A DNA stretch of 32,000 nucleotides from Methylorubrum extorquens (GCA_900234795.1 LT962688.1:2760001-2792000); one strand, 5' to 3'; positions 7,968-15,485 are shown, counted from the stretch's first letter. Numbers and translations: made by a program. Notes: generated by a model from the letters alone, not told the origin.

Positions 7968-8339
7968 ATGATGGATGCGTGCCGGATGAGAACTGCGCCC
8001 ACGCCGCGGCGTACAGGTTCAGTCCTGTTGCTCACATCCCTCATCGCATCCGGAACGGCGCTCGCGCTGGCGGGCGATACGGCGTCCCACCGCGTCACGC
8101 AGAAGGGCCGGTCTTTCGCCCCGGGGGCGATCTCCCTGCGGGCCGGCGAAGGCCTCGCGATCGTGAACGACGACGGTGAACTCGTCCATCACGCCTACCT
8201 CGAAAATCCTGATTTCAGCTTCGACACCGGAGAGCAGATTCCGGGAAGCAAAACCGTCGTGTTCTTCCCGAAGCCAGGGCAGTTCACGATCCTGTGCGGC
8301 ATTCATCCAAAAATGAAGCTCGCGGTCTCGGTGAAGTAA
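7968..8339 (+). CDS. Exported type-1 copper cupredoxin (amicyanin/plastocyanin-like)
   Basis: Signal peptide ...SVLLLTSLIASGTALALA. The copper-ligand pattern is His (VHHAY) followed by C-G-I-H-P-K-M, a Cys-x2-His-x2-Met spacing as in amicyanin. The start was chosen at ATG 7968 after GGAGA; ATG 7986 and 7932 are alternatives. Confidence 0.8.
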   Translation: MMDACRMRTAPTPRRTGSVLLLTSLIASGTALALAGDTASHRVTQKGRSFAPGAISLRAGEGLAIVNDDGELVHHAYLENPDFSFDTGEQIPGSKTVVFFPKPGQFTILCGIHPKMKLAVSVK

Positions 8340-8508
8340 AGAAGCGAATAACATCTTATGGTTGTATGTGGCCGAGATGTTTTTCAGGCTATCGGTCCGT
8401 CATCATCTCAGGATCTGGGCCGGCCAGCGCTATTCACGCCAATATTGAGCCAATGCCTTAACTGAAATTAAAGCCAAAGCCCCGAAGGTCGAACCTGTCG
8501 AGGTTCGA

Positions 8509-9567
8509 ATGGCTTGGAAATTCGTGGGGGGCGTCGCAGCCCTCCTAACGATCCTGATGGGAAGCTTGGCGATCGCGACGAACGGCGAGCCCGATCGTTC
8601 GGCTGTGCTCGCCGAGTACCGCCGTCCGGCCGCGATCCCCTTCCCCGACGATAACCCGTATCGGGCCGCGAAGGCCGAGCTCGGCCGCGCGCTGTTCTTC
8701 GAGCCTGTTCTCTCACGGGACAGCGACCGCACCTGCGCCACCTGTCACGTCCCAGGGCAGGATTGGACCGACACGACGCCGCGTGCCCCGCGCAGCGACG
8801 GCGGCTTCATGGATTTCCGGACGCCGACGCTGCTCAACGTCGCCTGGACCGAAACGATCTACGGTTGGGATGGTAAGTTCCGCGGACTCGAAGCGGTGGC
8901 CCGCACGCCGCTGACCGCGCCGGGCAACATGAACATGCCGCCCGAGGAGATGGTCCGTCGCCTCTCGGCGGATCCGAAATATGTCGTCGCCTTCGCTGAT
9001 GCGTTCCCTGGACCGACCCCGAACGGTGGGCCGATCACTCAGGAGCGGATCGAACAGGCACTCGCGACGTTCCAGCGCCTGATCGTGTCCGGTCGCGCAC
9101 CCTTCGACCGCTGGGTCGAGGGTGATGCACGTGCGCTCGGTTCAGCCGCTAAGCGCGGCTTCGATCTGTTCAACGACAGGGCCAACTGCGCCGCCTGCCA
9201 TTCCGGCTGGAACTTCACGGACGGCTCGTTCCACGACATCGGCGTCGCCACGGACGGCGCGATCGGCCGGGGGCGGTTCTTCCCGCACTCGACGGCCCTG
9301 CGCCACGCCTTCAAGACGCCGACCCTGCGCAACGTCGCGCGGCGCCCGCCCTACATGCATGACGGATCGCTGGCGACGTTGTCCGAAGTGATCGACCTCT
9401 ATGACCGCGGCGGCATCGATCGGCCGAGCCGGTCCCGCGACATCCGTCCGCTTTATCTGACGGCGCAGGAGAAGGCCGACCTCATCGCCTTCCTGGAAAC
9501 CCTCAACGACGACGGTGCCGAGGGGCCCGCCTACCTGTCGATCGGAGCCGAGCCACCGCGGCCGTAA
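8509..9567 (+). CDS. Di-haem cytochrome c peroxidase / MauG family protein
   Basis: 352-aa ORF with an N-terminal signal anchor and two CxxCH haem motifs (CATCH and CAACH). It also carries the conserved FKTPTLRNV...PPYMHDGS segment. Confidence 0.92.
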   Translation: MAWKFVGGVAALLTILMGSLAIATNGEPDRSAVLAEYRRPAAIPFPDDNPYRAAKAELGRALFFEPVLSRDSDRTCATCHVPGQDWTDTTPRAPRSDGGFMDFRTPTLLNVAWTETIYGWDGKFRGLEAVARTPLTAPGNMNMPPEEMVRRLSADPKYVVAFADAFPGPTPNGGPITQERIEQALATFQRLIVSGRAPFDRWVEGDARALGSAAKRGFDLFNDRANCAACHSGWNFTDGSFHDIGVATDGAIGRGRFFPHSTALRHAFKTPTLRNVARRPPYMHDGSLATLSEVIDLYDRGGIDRPSRSRDIRPLYLTAQEKADLIAFLETLNDDGAEGPAYLSIGAEPPRP

Positions 9568-9591
9568 GGGATGCCGAGGCCGGCGCGTCCG

Positions 9592-11196
9592 TCAGTAATT
9601 GATGGTTGCGCGCAGACCCAGAACCGTGGCGTTGCGCAGCCGGCGTCCGCGCTCGTCGGCCACGCCGCCGCCGGGCCGCATGACATATTGGAGATCCGGC
9701 TGAAGGGTGAAGCCGGACACCAACTCCGCCTGATAGGTCGCCTCGAACACGGTCTCGCTGCTGCGCAGCGGGCCCGATCCGGCCCCGAAAACGCGCTGGT
9801 CGCGGTCGAAGGCGCGGGCGGCCGGACTGATGCGGGAATGGATCACTCCGAGGCCGAGCGTATCGTTGGGGCGGCCCTCGAACAGGCCTCGATAGGCTAC
9901 GCCGGCATCGACGTAGAGATCGATCAGGTTGCGGTTCGTCGGCACGGCGGAGACCCGCAGGAACGCCGAGGCACCCTCGTTCACCGTGCCGGGTTCGCGA
10001 TAGATCGTCTGGTCGAGCATCGCGTAGAGCCCCGCATTGCCGCGAAAGCGCCGGGCGATACCGCTCGCCTCGGGATCGGCCCGCAGTCGCCCCCGGACTT
10101 CGTCGAGGCGGGGGCTGTCGAACCGGCCGAAATGGTACCAGCCGCCCAGGGTCGCGGTGCCGGGCAGCCGCTCAGCGCCGGGCAGGCTGGGATAGGCATA
10201 GGCCACTTCGCCGATCAGCAGTGCCGGATCGTTGACGCGGAAACTCGTGCCGGTGCGGTTGCGCCGCTCCGGATCGGTCTCGTCGCCGGCCGGTGTTCCT
10301 GCCGGATCGCCGTTGAACAGCCCGCCCTGCAGCGAGAGTTCGGCGGTCGGCTCGTATTTCAGGCGGATGGCGGGCGTGGCCAGCGGATAGATCGGCCCGC
10401 CGCTCGGCAACACGACCGCGCCGATATTCGGCCAGCCGAATCCGGCATTGATGAACACCACCGCCGACTGCGCGATCGCGAACTCCGTATCGGCCGAGAC
10501 TTGGCCGATCTTCACCGAGAGGCGGTCGTCGAAGAAGCGCTGCTCGATCCACAACTCGAACAGCCTCGTCGAGGGCAAAGCCTCGATGCCGCTGACCGTC
10601 GTGAGGTTGTTGACGAAACGCCGAGAAAGGCCGTGCCCGTGGATCTGGAAGAAGTCGGTGTGAAACCGGGCGCCGGTCCAGCCGGCGAGCTGATCGAGAT
10701 CGATGTCGAGCGAGGTATCGAGGCGGCCCCCGAAGGTCGTCCCGCGCCGCAATCCGCCGGAGGCGCTGGAAAATCCCTCGCCGATATAGGTGAGGACGTA
10801 GGTGACGCCCCGCGCCGCCAGCGCAGCGCGCAGGCCGAATGGGTCGCCATAGGGGCCGAGCACGTCCTGGATCGAGCCCTCGTTCGTCACCGAGACCTGA
10901 TCCGACGTCCGCGATTGCGCGATCGCGGTCTGCGGGTCGCCGCCTGCGCCCGTCAGCGGAAGGCCGAGCGGCATGGGTAAGGCGAGCGACGGCAGCGATT
11001 GGGCGCCAGCCGGGACCGAGGCGATGCAGAGCGGAGCGGACAGGGCGAGCACCGCGACGCCGCTCGCGAGGAGCCGGCGCGTTCGGGCCGCGCGGCGGCG
11101 TGTCGTTTCCGCTCTCACGTCATTGCTCGGCTCGACACACAGGCGTGTTTCCGTCAGGCGGCGATCCCCCGTCGAGGGGCGGCCGGGTCGGGCCAT
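9592..11196 (-). CDS. Carbohydrate-selective porin of the OprB family
   Basis: 534-aa ORF with signal peptide ...LALSAPLCIASVPAGAQS. It has beta-barrel-like alternating composition and a C-terminal aromatic end ...LGLRATINY, and overall resembles OprB-type porins. Confidence 0.8.
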   Translation of the reverse strand: MARPGRPSTGDRRLTETRLCVEPSNDVRAETTRRRAARTRRLLASGVAVLALSAPLCIASVPAGAQSLPSLALPMPLGLPLTGAGGDPQTAIAQSRTSDQVSVTNEGSIQDVLGPYGDPFGLRAALAARGVTYVLTYIGEGFSSASGGLRRGTTFGGRLDTSLDIDLDQLAGWTGARFHTDFFQIHGHGLSRRFVNNLTTVSGIEALPSTRLFELWIEQRFFDDRLSVKIGQVSADTEFAIAQSAVVFINAGFGWPNIGAVVLPSGGPIYPLATPAIRLKYEPTAELSLQGGLFNGDPAGTPAGDETDPERRNRTGTSFRVNDPALLIGEVAYAYPSLPGAERLPGTATLGGWYHFGRFDSPRLDEVRGRLRADPEASGIARRFRGNAGLYAMLDQTIYREPGTVNEGASAFLRVSAVPTNRNLIDLYVDAGVAYRGLFEGRPNDTLGLGVIHSRISPAARAFDRDQRVFGAGSGPLRSSETVFEATYQAELVSGFTLQPDLQYVMRPGGGVADERGRRLRNATVLGLRATINY

Positions 11197-11280
11197 ATCG
11201 AATGATACCCAAGCAGGCGCAAATGACAGCTCTGCGAAGCGCCGCCCTCGCCGGGGACGTTCGATGGGGACCGCCGACCG

Positions 11281-13170
11281 TCAGAGCGGTTCGATCCCCA
11301 GCACCTTCATCCGCGAGCGCAACGTCGTCGGCTTGAGGCCGAGCAGCTCGGCCGCGCCGCCGGCACCGAAGACCTTTCCGCCGCTGATGTGAAGCGCCGC
11401 CTCGATCTCGCTGCGGGCACGGGCGCGGCGTTCCTCTTCGGATAGCGGACGGCCGAGATCCGCCGGACGCTCCGGCGCGGGCGTGACGGGACCGGTGCCG
11501 CGGGTTTCCGGCAGATCGAAGCGCAGGCGCCCGCGCTCGGCGAGAATTGCGGCGCGCTCGATCACGTTCTCCAACTCACGCACGTTGCCCGGCCAATCGT
11601 AGCGGGACAGGCGGCGGGCATCGGCCTCGGTCAGGCGCAAATCCGTCCGGTTGAGGCGCCGCGCGGCGGCCTTCAGGACGTGCTGCGCGATCAGCGGCAC
11701 GTCCTCGCGGCGCTCCCGCAGGGGCGCGGAGGTCAGGGGGAAGACGTTGAGGCGGAAGTAGAGATCCTCGCGAAAACGCCCGCGGCGCACCTCCTCCTTG
11801 AGGTCGCGGTTGGTCGCGGCGATCAGCCGGATATCGACCGCGCGGGTGCGCTCCTCGCCGACGCGCTCGAACTGGCGCTCTTGCAGGACGCGCAGCAGCT
11901 TGCCCTGAAGGTCGAGCGGGATCTCCCCGACCTCGTCGAGGAACAGCGTGCCGCCGTCGGCGAGTTCGAACCGCCCGATCCTGTCGCGCAGAGCCCCAGT
12001 GAAAGCGCCCTTGGCGTGGCCGAAGAACTCGCTCTCGAACAGGTCGCGCGGGATCGCCGCGCAGTTCACGCGGATCAGCGGCCGCTCGCGGCGGCGGCTC
12101 GCCTCGTGGATGGCCCGGGCGATCAACTCTTTCCCGGTGCCGGATTCGCCGGTGACGAGGACGGTGGCATCGGTGCCCGCCACGACGTCGATCTGGCGCA
12201 GCAACGCCTCCATGACCGGGCTACGCCCGATGATGCCCTGATGGTGGCTCTCGGCACGAATTTCCTCCTTGAGGTAGGCGTTCTCCTGCTCCAGGCGTTC
12301 GCGCAGGGAATCGACTTCGGCGAGCGCCGCCCGCAACCGTTCCTCGTCCTCACGGCGCTGGCTGACATCGCGAAACACGATCACCGCGCCGAGCAATTGC
12401 CCGCCCTCGCGGATCGGCGTCGAGGTGTACTCGACCGGAAAGCAGGTGCCGTCCTTGTGCCAGAACACCTCGCCATCGACCTGATGCACGGCCCCGTCGC
12501 GGAAGGCCGCGTAGATCGGGCAGTCGTGATGCGGGTAATGCGCACCGCCCGCGCGGGTATGGTGGACGGTGGCGTGCATGTCCTTGCCGACGAGATCGGC
12601 CGAGGCCCATCCCAGCATCCGCTCCGCGGCTGGGTTGACGAAGGTGGTGACCCCGTCGGCGTTGACGCCGTAGATCCCCTTCCCCGCCGCGCGCAGGATC
12701 AGCCGGTTGCCGCGCTCGATGTCGCGAAAGATGCGCTCCATGCGCTGCCATTCCGGCAGGCCGGCGCGCATGTGCGCCTCGGCCTCCCGGTCGATGCGGC
12801 GGCGCTCGCGCTCATCGAGATCGAAGAGAGTGACGAGGAGCCGCGTCGGCTCGCCCGACAGCACGCAGCCGGAATACTCGAGGCGCAGCGCCTTGCCGGC
12901 ACCGTGGCGCGGGGTGAGAGCGTGCGTCCACCATTGCCCCTCGGCGAGAACCGCCTGCGTGAACACCACGAGCGCAGGCCGCTGGTCGGGATGCAGGGCG
13001 CTCACAGGCATCGCCCGCAGGGCAGCGCGGTCGTGGCCGAGCAACGAGGCGGCCGCCGCGTTGGCGTCGTCGATGCGGTCTGTCAGGGGCTCGAACACCA
13101 GCATCGCCTCGCGATTCTCATCGAAGGCGAGGCCATAAACCGAAGGCGCTTCGAGCGCTGATGACGACAC
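11281..13170 (-). CDS. Sigma-54-dependent transcriptional activator (two PAS domains, AAA+ domain, Fis-type HTH), CynF-like by context
   Basis: 629-aa ORF with a GTG start. It has Walker A GESGTGKE, the GAFTGA loop (HAKGAFTGA), ESEFFGH, Walker B LFLDEV, and a C-terminal [24 protein letters not shown]. Confidence 0.92.
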   Translation of the reverse strand: MSSSALEAPSVYGLAFDENREAMLVFEPLTDRIDDANAAAASLLGHDRAALRAMPVSALHPDQRPALVVFTQAVLAEGQWWTHALTPRHGAGKALRLEYSGCVLSGEPTRLLVTLFDLDERERRRIDREAEAHMRAGLPEWQRMERIFRDIERGNRLILRAAGKGIYGVNADGVTTFVNPAAERMLGWASADLVGKDMHATVHHTRAGGAHYPHHDCPIYAAFRDGAVHQVDGEVFWHKDGTCFPVEYTSTPIREGGQLLGAVIVFRDVSQRREDEERLRAALAEVDSLRERLEQENAYLKEEIRAESHHQGIIGRSPVMEALLRQIDVVAGTDATVLVTGESGTGKELIARAIHEASRRRERPLIRVNCAAIPRDLFESEFFGHAKGAFTGALRDRIGRFELADGGTLFLDEVGEIPLDLQGKLLRVLQERQFERVGEERTRAVDIRLIAATNRDLKEEVRRGRFREDLYFRLNVFPLTSAPLRERREDVPLIAQHVLKAAARRLNRTDLRLTEADARRLSRYDWPGNVRELENVIERAAILAERGRLRFDLPETRGTGPVTPAPERPADLGRPLSEEERRARARSEIEAALHISGGKVFGAGGAAELLGLKPTTLRSRMKVLGIEPL

Positions 13171-13197
13171 GACGAAATCTCGCAGTCTTTCTACGAC

Positions 13198-13220
13198 ATC
13201 TCGTCATATACGAGATCTCG
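13198..13220. promoter_or_regulatory. Candidate enhancer (UAS) for the sigma-54 activator: inverted repeat ATCTCGT-N5-ACGAGAT overlapping the palindrome CGAGATCTCG
   Basis: Read directly from the sequence. The site lies about 60-85 bp upstream of the -24 element. Further ATCTCG (13177-13182) and AGATCT (13235-13240) copies lie nearby. Confidence 0.4.
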
Positions 13221-13280
13221 GAGCTTGACGATAAAGATCTAAGTCTCTGGAAAGAAATGGCTTACGGCACCGCGCTGGGC

Positions 13281-13296
13281 TGGCACGCCGCTTGCG
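13281..13296 (+). promoter_or_regulatory. Sigma-54 (-24/-12) promoter of cynS
   Basis: TGGCACgccgcTTGCg matches the consensus TGGCAC-N5-TTGC exactly. It lies 165 nt upstream of the cynS ATG and next to the divergent sigma-54 activator gene. Confidence 0.8.
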
Positions 13297-13460
13297 GATC
13301 ATGTTCGCAATGGCGCGGCTCGGCTCTGGGCCCGTCATCTGAGTACCGCCCGGCCCGCTCAAGCGGATCGGGACGGTCCGGCCGTGCGGACGCTGAGCCC
13401 CCAAGGCATCCGAACGGCCGCCCCCATCGCAGCCGGCCCTCGGCCGGAAGGGAGACAAGC

Positions 13461-13949
13461 ATGAAGCGCGAAGACCTCACCGAGAAGCTTCTCGACATCA
13501 AGCGCGAGAAGGGCTGGACCTGGAAGTACATCCAGGACGAGATCGGAGGCATCTCGCCGATCCTCATCACCGCCGCCTGCATGGGCCAGATGAAGCTGCC
13601 GAAGGCGCAGGCCAAGAAGGCCGCCGAGCTGTTCGGGCTGAGCCAGGCCGAGGAGCGGATGCTGAACGAGGCGCCCTATCGCGGCTCGATCCCGCAGATG
13701 CCGCCGACCGATCCGCTGATCTACCGCTTCTACGAGCTGGTGATGGTCTACGGCACCACGTGGAAAGAGCTGATCCAGGAGGAGTACGGCGACGGCATCA
13801 TGTCGGCAATCGACTTCAACATGACGATGGAGCGCGAGCCCAACAACAAGGGTGACCGGGTCAAGCTCGCCATGTCGGGCAAGTTCCTGCCCTACAAGTA
13901 TTACGGCAACGAGGACGGCGTGCCGGAATACGGCTTCAAGGAGCCGTAG
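13461..13949 (+). CDS. cynS: Cyanate hydratase (cyanase)
   Basis: 162 aa from the ATG at 13461, preceded by GGGAGA. It reads MKREDLTEKLLDIKREKGWTW...[19 protein letters not shown]...[10 protein letters not shown]..., a cyanase N-terminal helical domain plus C-terminal catalytic domain. The 5' extension of the track ORF (from 13161) is not coding. Confidence 0.93.
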   Translation: MKREDLTEKLLDIKREKGWTWKYIQDEIGGISPILITAACMGQMKLPKAQAKKAAELFGLSQAEERMLNEAPYRGSIPQMPPTDPLIYRFYELVMVYGTTWKELIQEEYGDGIMSAIDFNMTMEREPNNKGDRVKLAMSGKFLPYKYYGNEDGVPEYGFKEP

Positions 13950-13997
13950 GAGCCCTCCGGCTGAGAGAAGCCCGGTGCCATGACGGCGCCGGGCTTC
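13707..13997 (+). repeat. Copy 1 of a roughly 290-bp direct repeat (3' half of cynS plus its terminator)
   Basis: Hand alignment with 15190-15478. The coding part has about 18 mismatches in 243 nt, and the terminator hairpin is recognisably homologous. Confidence 0.85.
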
Positions 13998-14006
13998 TCT
14001 TCGTTT
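13964..14006 (+). terminator. Rho-independent terminator of cynS
   Basis: A 16-bp stem AGAGAAGCCCGGTGCC / GGCGCCGGGCTTCTCT (one G-U pair) with loop ATGAC is followed by TCGTTT. Confidence 0.8.
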
Positions 14007-14050
14007 CACAGGGCTGCTGTCGGGTCGAGATCGCCCTGGTCCGATCCGGC

Positions 14051-14320
14051 TCAGCAGCCGACACAGATGTCCTTCATGAGGAAACTGTCCTTGAACTGAG
14101 GTTCAGGCTTCTGCGCGGCCTCGCCGTTTGTTGGTGAGCCCAAGACCTGCGGGCGAGGGATGACTCTCCCTGTCGGCGCGACGTGCGGGGCTGTGATCGT
14201 CGTCTCCGGGCCGCCGCCCGTACCCGTCCGCGCCGGATGATTCATCGCGTTCGCGGCCGTGTACGAGAGCAGATAGATCACGCCGACGAGTGCGATTCTC
14301 GAAGATGTCGTTCCAGTCAC
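14051..14320 (-). CDS. Small exported hypothetical protein (89 aa) ending in CVGC
   Basis: GTG start with GGGAGA 7 nt upstream and signal-peptide-like MTGTTSSRIALVGVIYLLSYTAANA. The mature part is Pro/Gly/Thr-rich and ends KDSFLMKDICVGC. Third-position GC is higher in this frame than in the overlapping frame 14103..14327. Confidence 0.5.
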   Translation of the reverse strand: MTGTTSSRIALVGVIYLLSYTAANAMNHPARTGTGGGPETTITAPHVAPTGRVIPRPQVLGSPTNGEAAQKPEPQFKDSFLMKDICVGC

Positions 14321-14513
14321 GCTTCATCTCCCTTTTCGATTGCGGATCCTTTTCGTTTTTCGTGGATCCTTCTTATATCGGGGCACCTATTCTGAATATG
14401 CGCCGCCGCACCTCGCGCCCGACCGGACTTGGACTGGAAATCAATCAGCCAAGATTGGATCTGTTTCCGGTGACCCGTCGCGCGCCTTTCATCCACGTTG
14501 CATCGCGATGCTG

Positions 14514-14774
14514 TCAGCGTGTTCCAGGGAGATAACAGATCAGCGGGTTCGCTCGACCGCCGCCACTCTGATAGCTCTTTGCGTGACCGATCGAACCGGT
14601 CATGTCCTGCGTCGGGTTTCCGCCCGGACGTTTCACGACGATGTCGCAGTAGAGCCGATTGGGATCGGTGGGACTTTGGAGATCCATCGTTCGCCGAGCC
14701 AGCGCCGAGGTCGGCAGGAGGAGAAGGGCGCCGGCAACGAGCACACCCAGGGCGCGGTTTAATCCACGAAACAA
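14514..14774 (-). CDS. Small exported hypothetical protein (about 86 aa)
   Basis: Frame of track ORF 14514..14882. I prefer the TTG start at 14774, which is preceded by AGGAG plus 7 nt. This gives MFRGLNRALGVLVAGALLLLPTSALA (signal peptide) and then a 60-aa mature part with two Cys. The ATG at 14882 lies in AT-rich, probably non-coding DNA. Confidence 0.4.
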   Translation of the reverse strand: MFRGLNRALGVLVAGALLLLPTSALARRTMDLQSPTDPNRLYCDIVVKRPGGNPTQDMTGSIGHAKSYQSGGGRANPLICYLPGTR

Positions 14775-15186
14775 CCAATTTCTCCTGTCTTGCAGAGCGT
14801 GGCTCAAACAAGAGGCACATTGCTTAAATATAAATCCGATATCGAAAGCCAAGTGCGCGAGGGCACATCTTGGATATTGCAATAAATTTGCACAGAGCCA
14901 AACTTTTAATCAGGATTAAACCTATTACTTAAACGTATTGTACGAGCAGGGGCGAACACTTCACCGGACAGTACGGTCCCGGGCATCCCGACACGGCTTG
15001 GTCACCGACCCGCTCCGAGGGAACGCTTTGGGGCACATCCGGCGGTTTCCAGCCGGCCGCGAGCGGCTGCGCACCACCCGTCACCGCGGCTCACGGGGTC
15101 AAGCGGATCGTGCTTCGATCCAAATGCATCATCGCCGGCGACACCTATGCGATGCCATCCGCCGTCTTCTTCGGGCAGGTCGCCCG

Positions 15187-15432
15187 GCGACCGACCCGCT
15201 GATCTACCGCTTCTACGAGCTGGTGATGGTCTACGGCACCACCTGGAAAGAGCTGATCCAGGAGGAGTTCGGCGACGGCATCATGTCGGCGATCGACTTC
15301 AACATGACGATGGAGCGCGAGCCTAACAACAAGGGCGACCGGGTGAAGATGAATCTTTCCGGCAAGTGTCTGCCCTACAAGTATTACGGCAATGAGGACG
15401 GCGTGCCGGAATACGGCTTCAAGGAGCCGTAG
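15187..15432 (+). pseudogene. Truncated cynS paralogue containing the cyanase C-terminal domain only
   Basis: It encodes [81 protein letters not shown], nearly identical to CynS residues 82-162. There is no homologous N-terminal domain and no RBS. The upstream part of track ORF 14938..15432 is Arg-rich junk. Confidence 0.7.
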
Positions 15433-15478
15433 GACGCCTCCCGTCGGCAAAGTCCGGCGCCGTGACGGCGCCGGGCTC
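15190..15478 (+). repeat. Copy 2 of the roughly 290-bp direct repeat (3' half of cynS plus terminator)
   Basis: See copy 1. Homology starts exactly at ACCGACCCGCT (15190) and runs through the hairpin. Confidence 0.85.
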
Positions 15479-15485
15479 TTTCAAG
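15451..15485 (+). terminator. Terminator hairpin after the truncated cynS copy
   Basis: The stem is AGTCCGGCGCCG / CGGCGCCGGGCT (12 bp, one G-U pair) with loop TGA, followed by CTTTCAAG. It is homologous to the cynS terminator. Confidence 0.6.

Noticed and set aside
13161-13460. 5' extension of the cynS ORF (track start 13161) as a 262-aa protein.
   Set aside because: The extension covers the sigma-54 promoter and the leader, is Arg/Ser/Pro-rich and has no RBS. ATG 13461 has a GGGAGA RBS and gives a normal-length cyanase.
14103-14327. Alternative ATG-initiated frame (MKRDWNDIFENRTRRRD...) overlapping the 89-aa small ORF.
   Set aside because: It is highly charged and Arg/Asp-rich, with poor third-position GC and no signal or domain features. 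The GTG frame with a signal peptide and better codon bias is preferred, although neither is proven.
14382-15038. Repeated GGCAC(A/C)T motifs (14382, 14814, 14862, 15031) as possible extra sigma-54 -24 boxes or a regulator motif.
   Set aside because: None has a GC/TTGC element at the -12 distance. GGCAC is expected a few times per kb per strand at this base composition.
13359-15109. Shared 12-mer TCAAGCGGATCG (13359-13370 and 15098-15109) and 9-mer CAGCCGGCC as evidence that the cynS leader was also duplicated.
   Set aside because: The two shared words are not collinear between the loci, and the surrounding sequence does not align. This could be chance in GC-rich DNA, so it is kept only as a weak hint.
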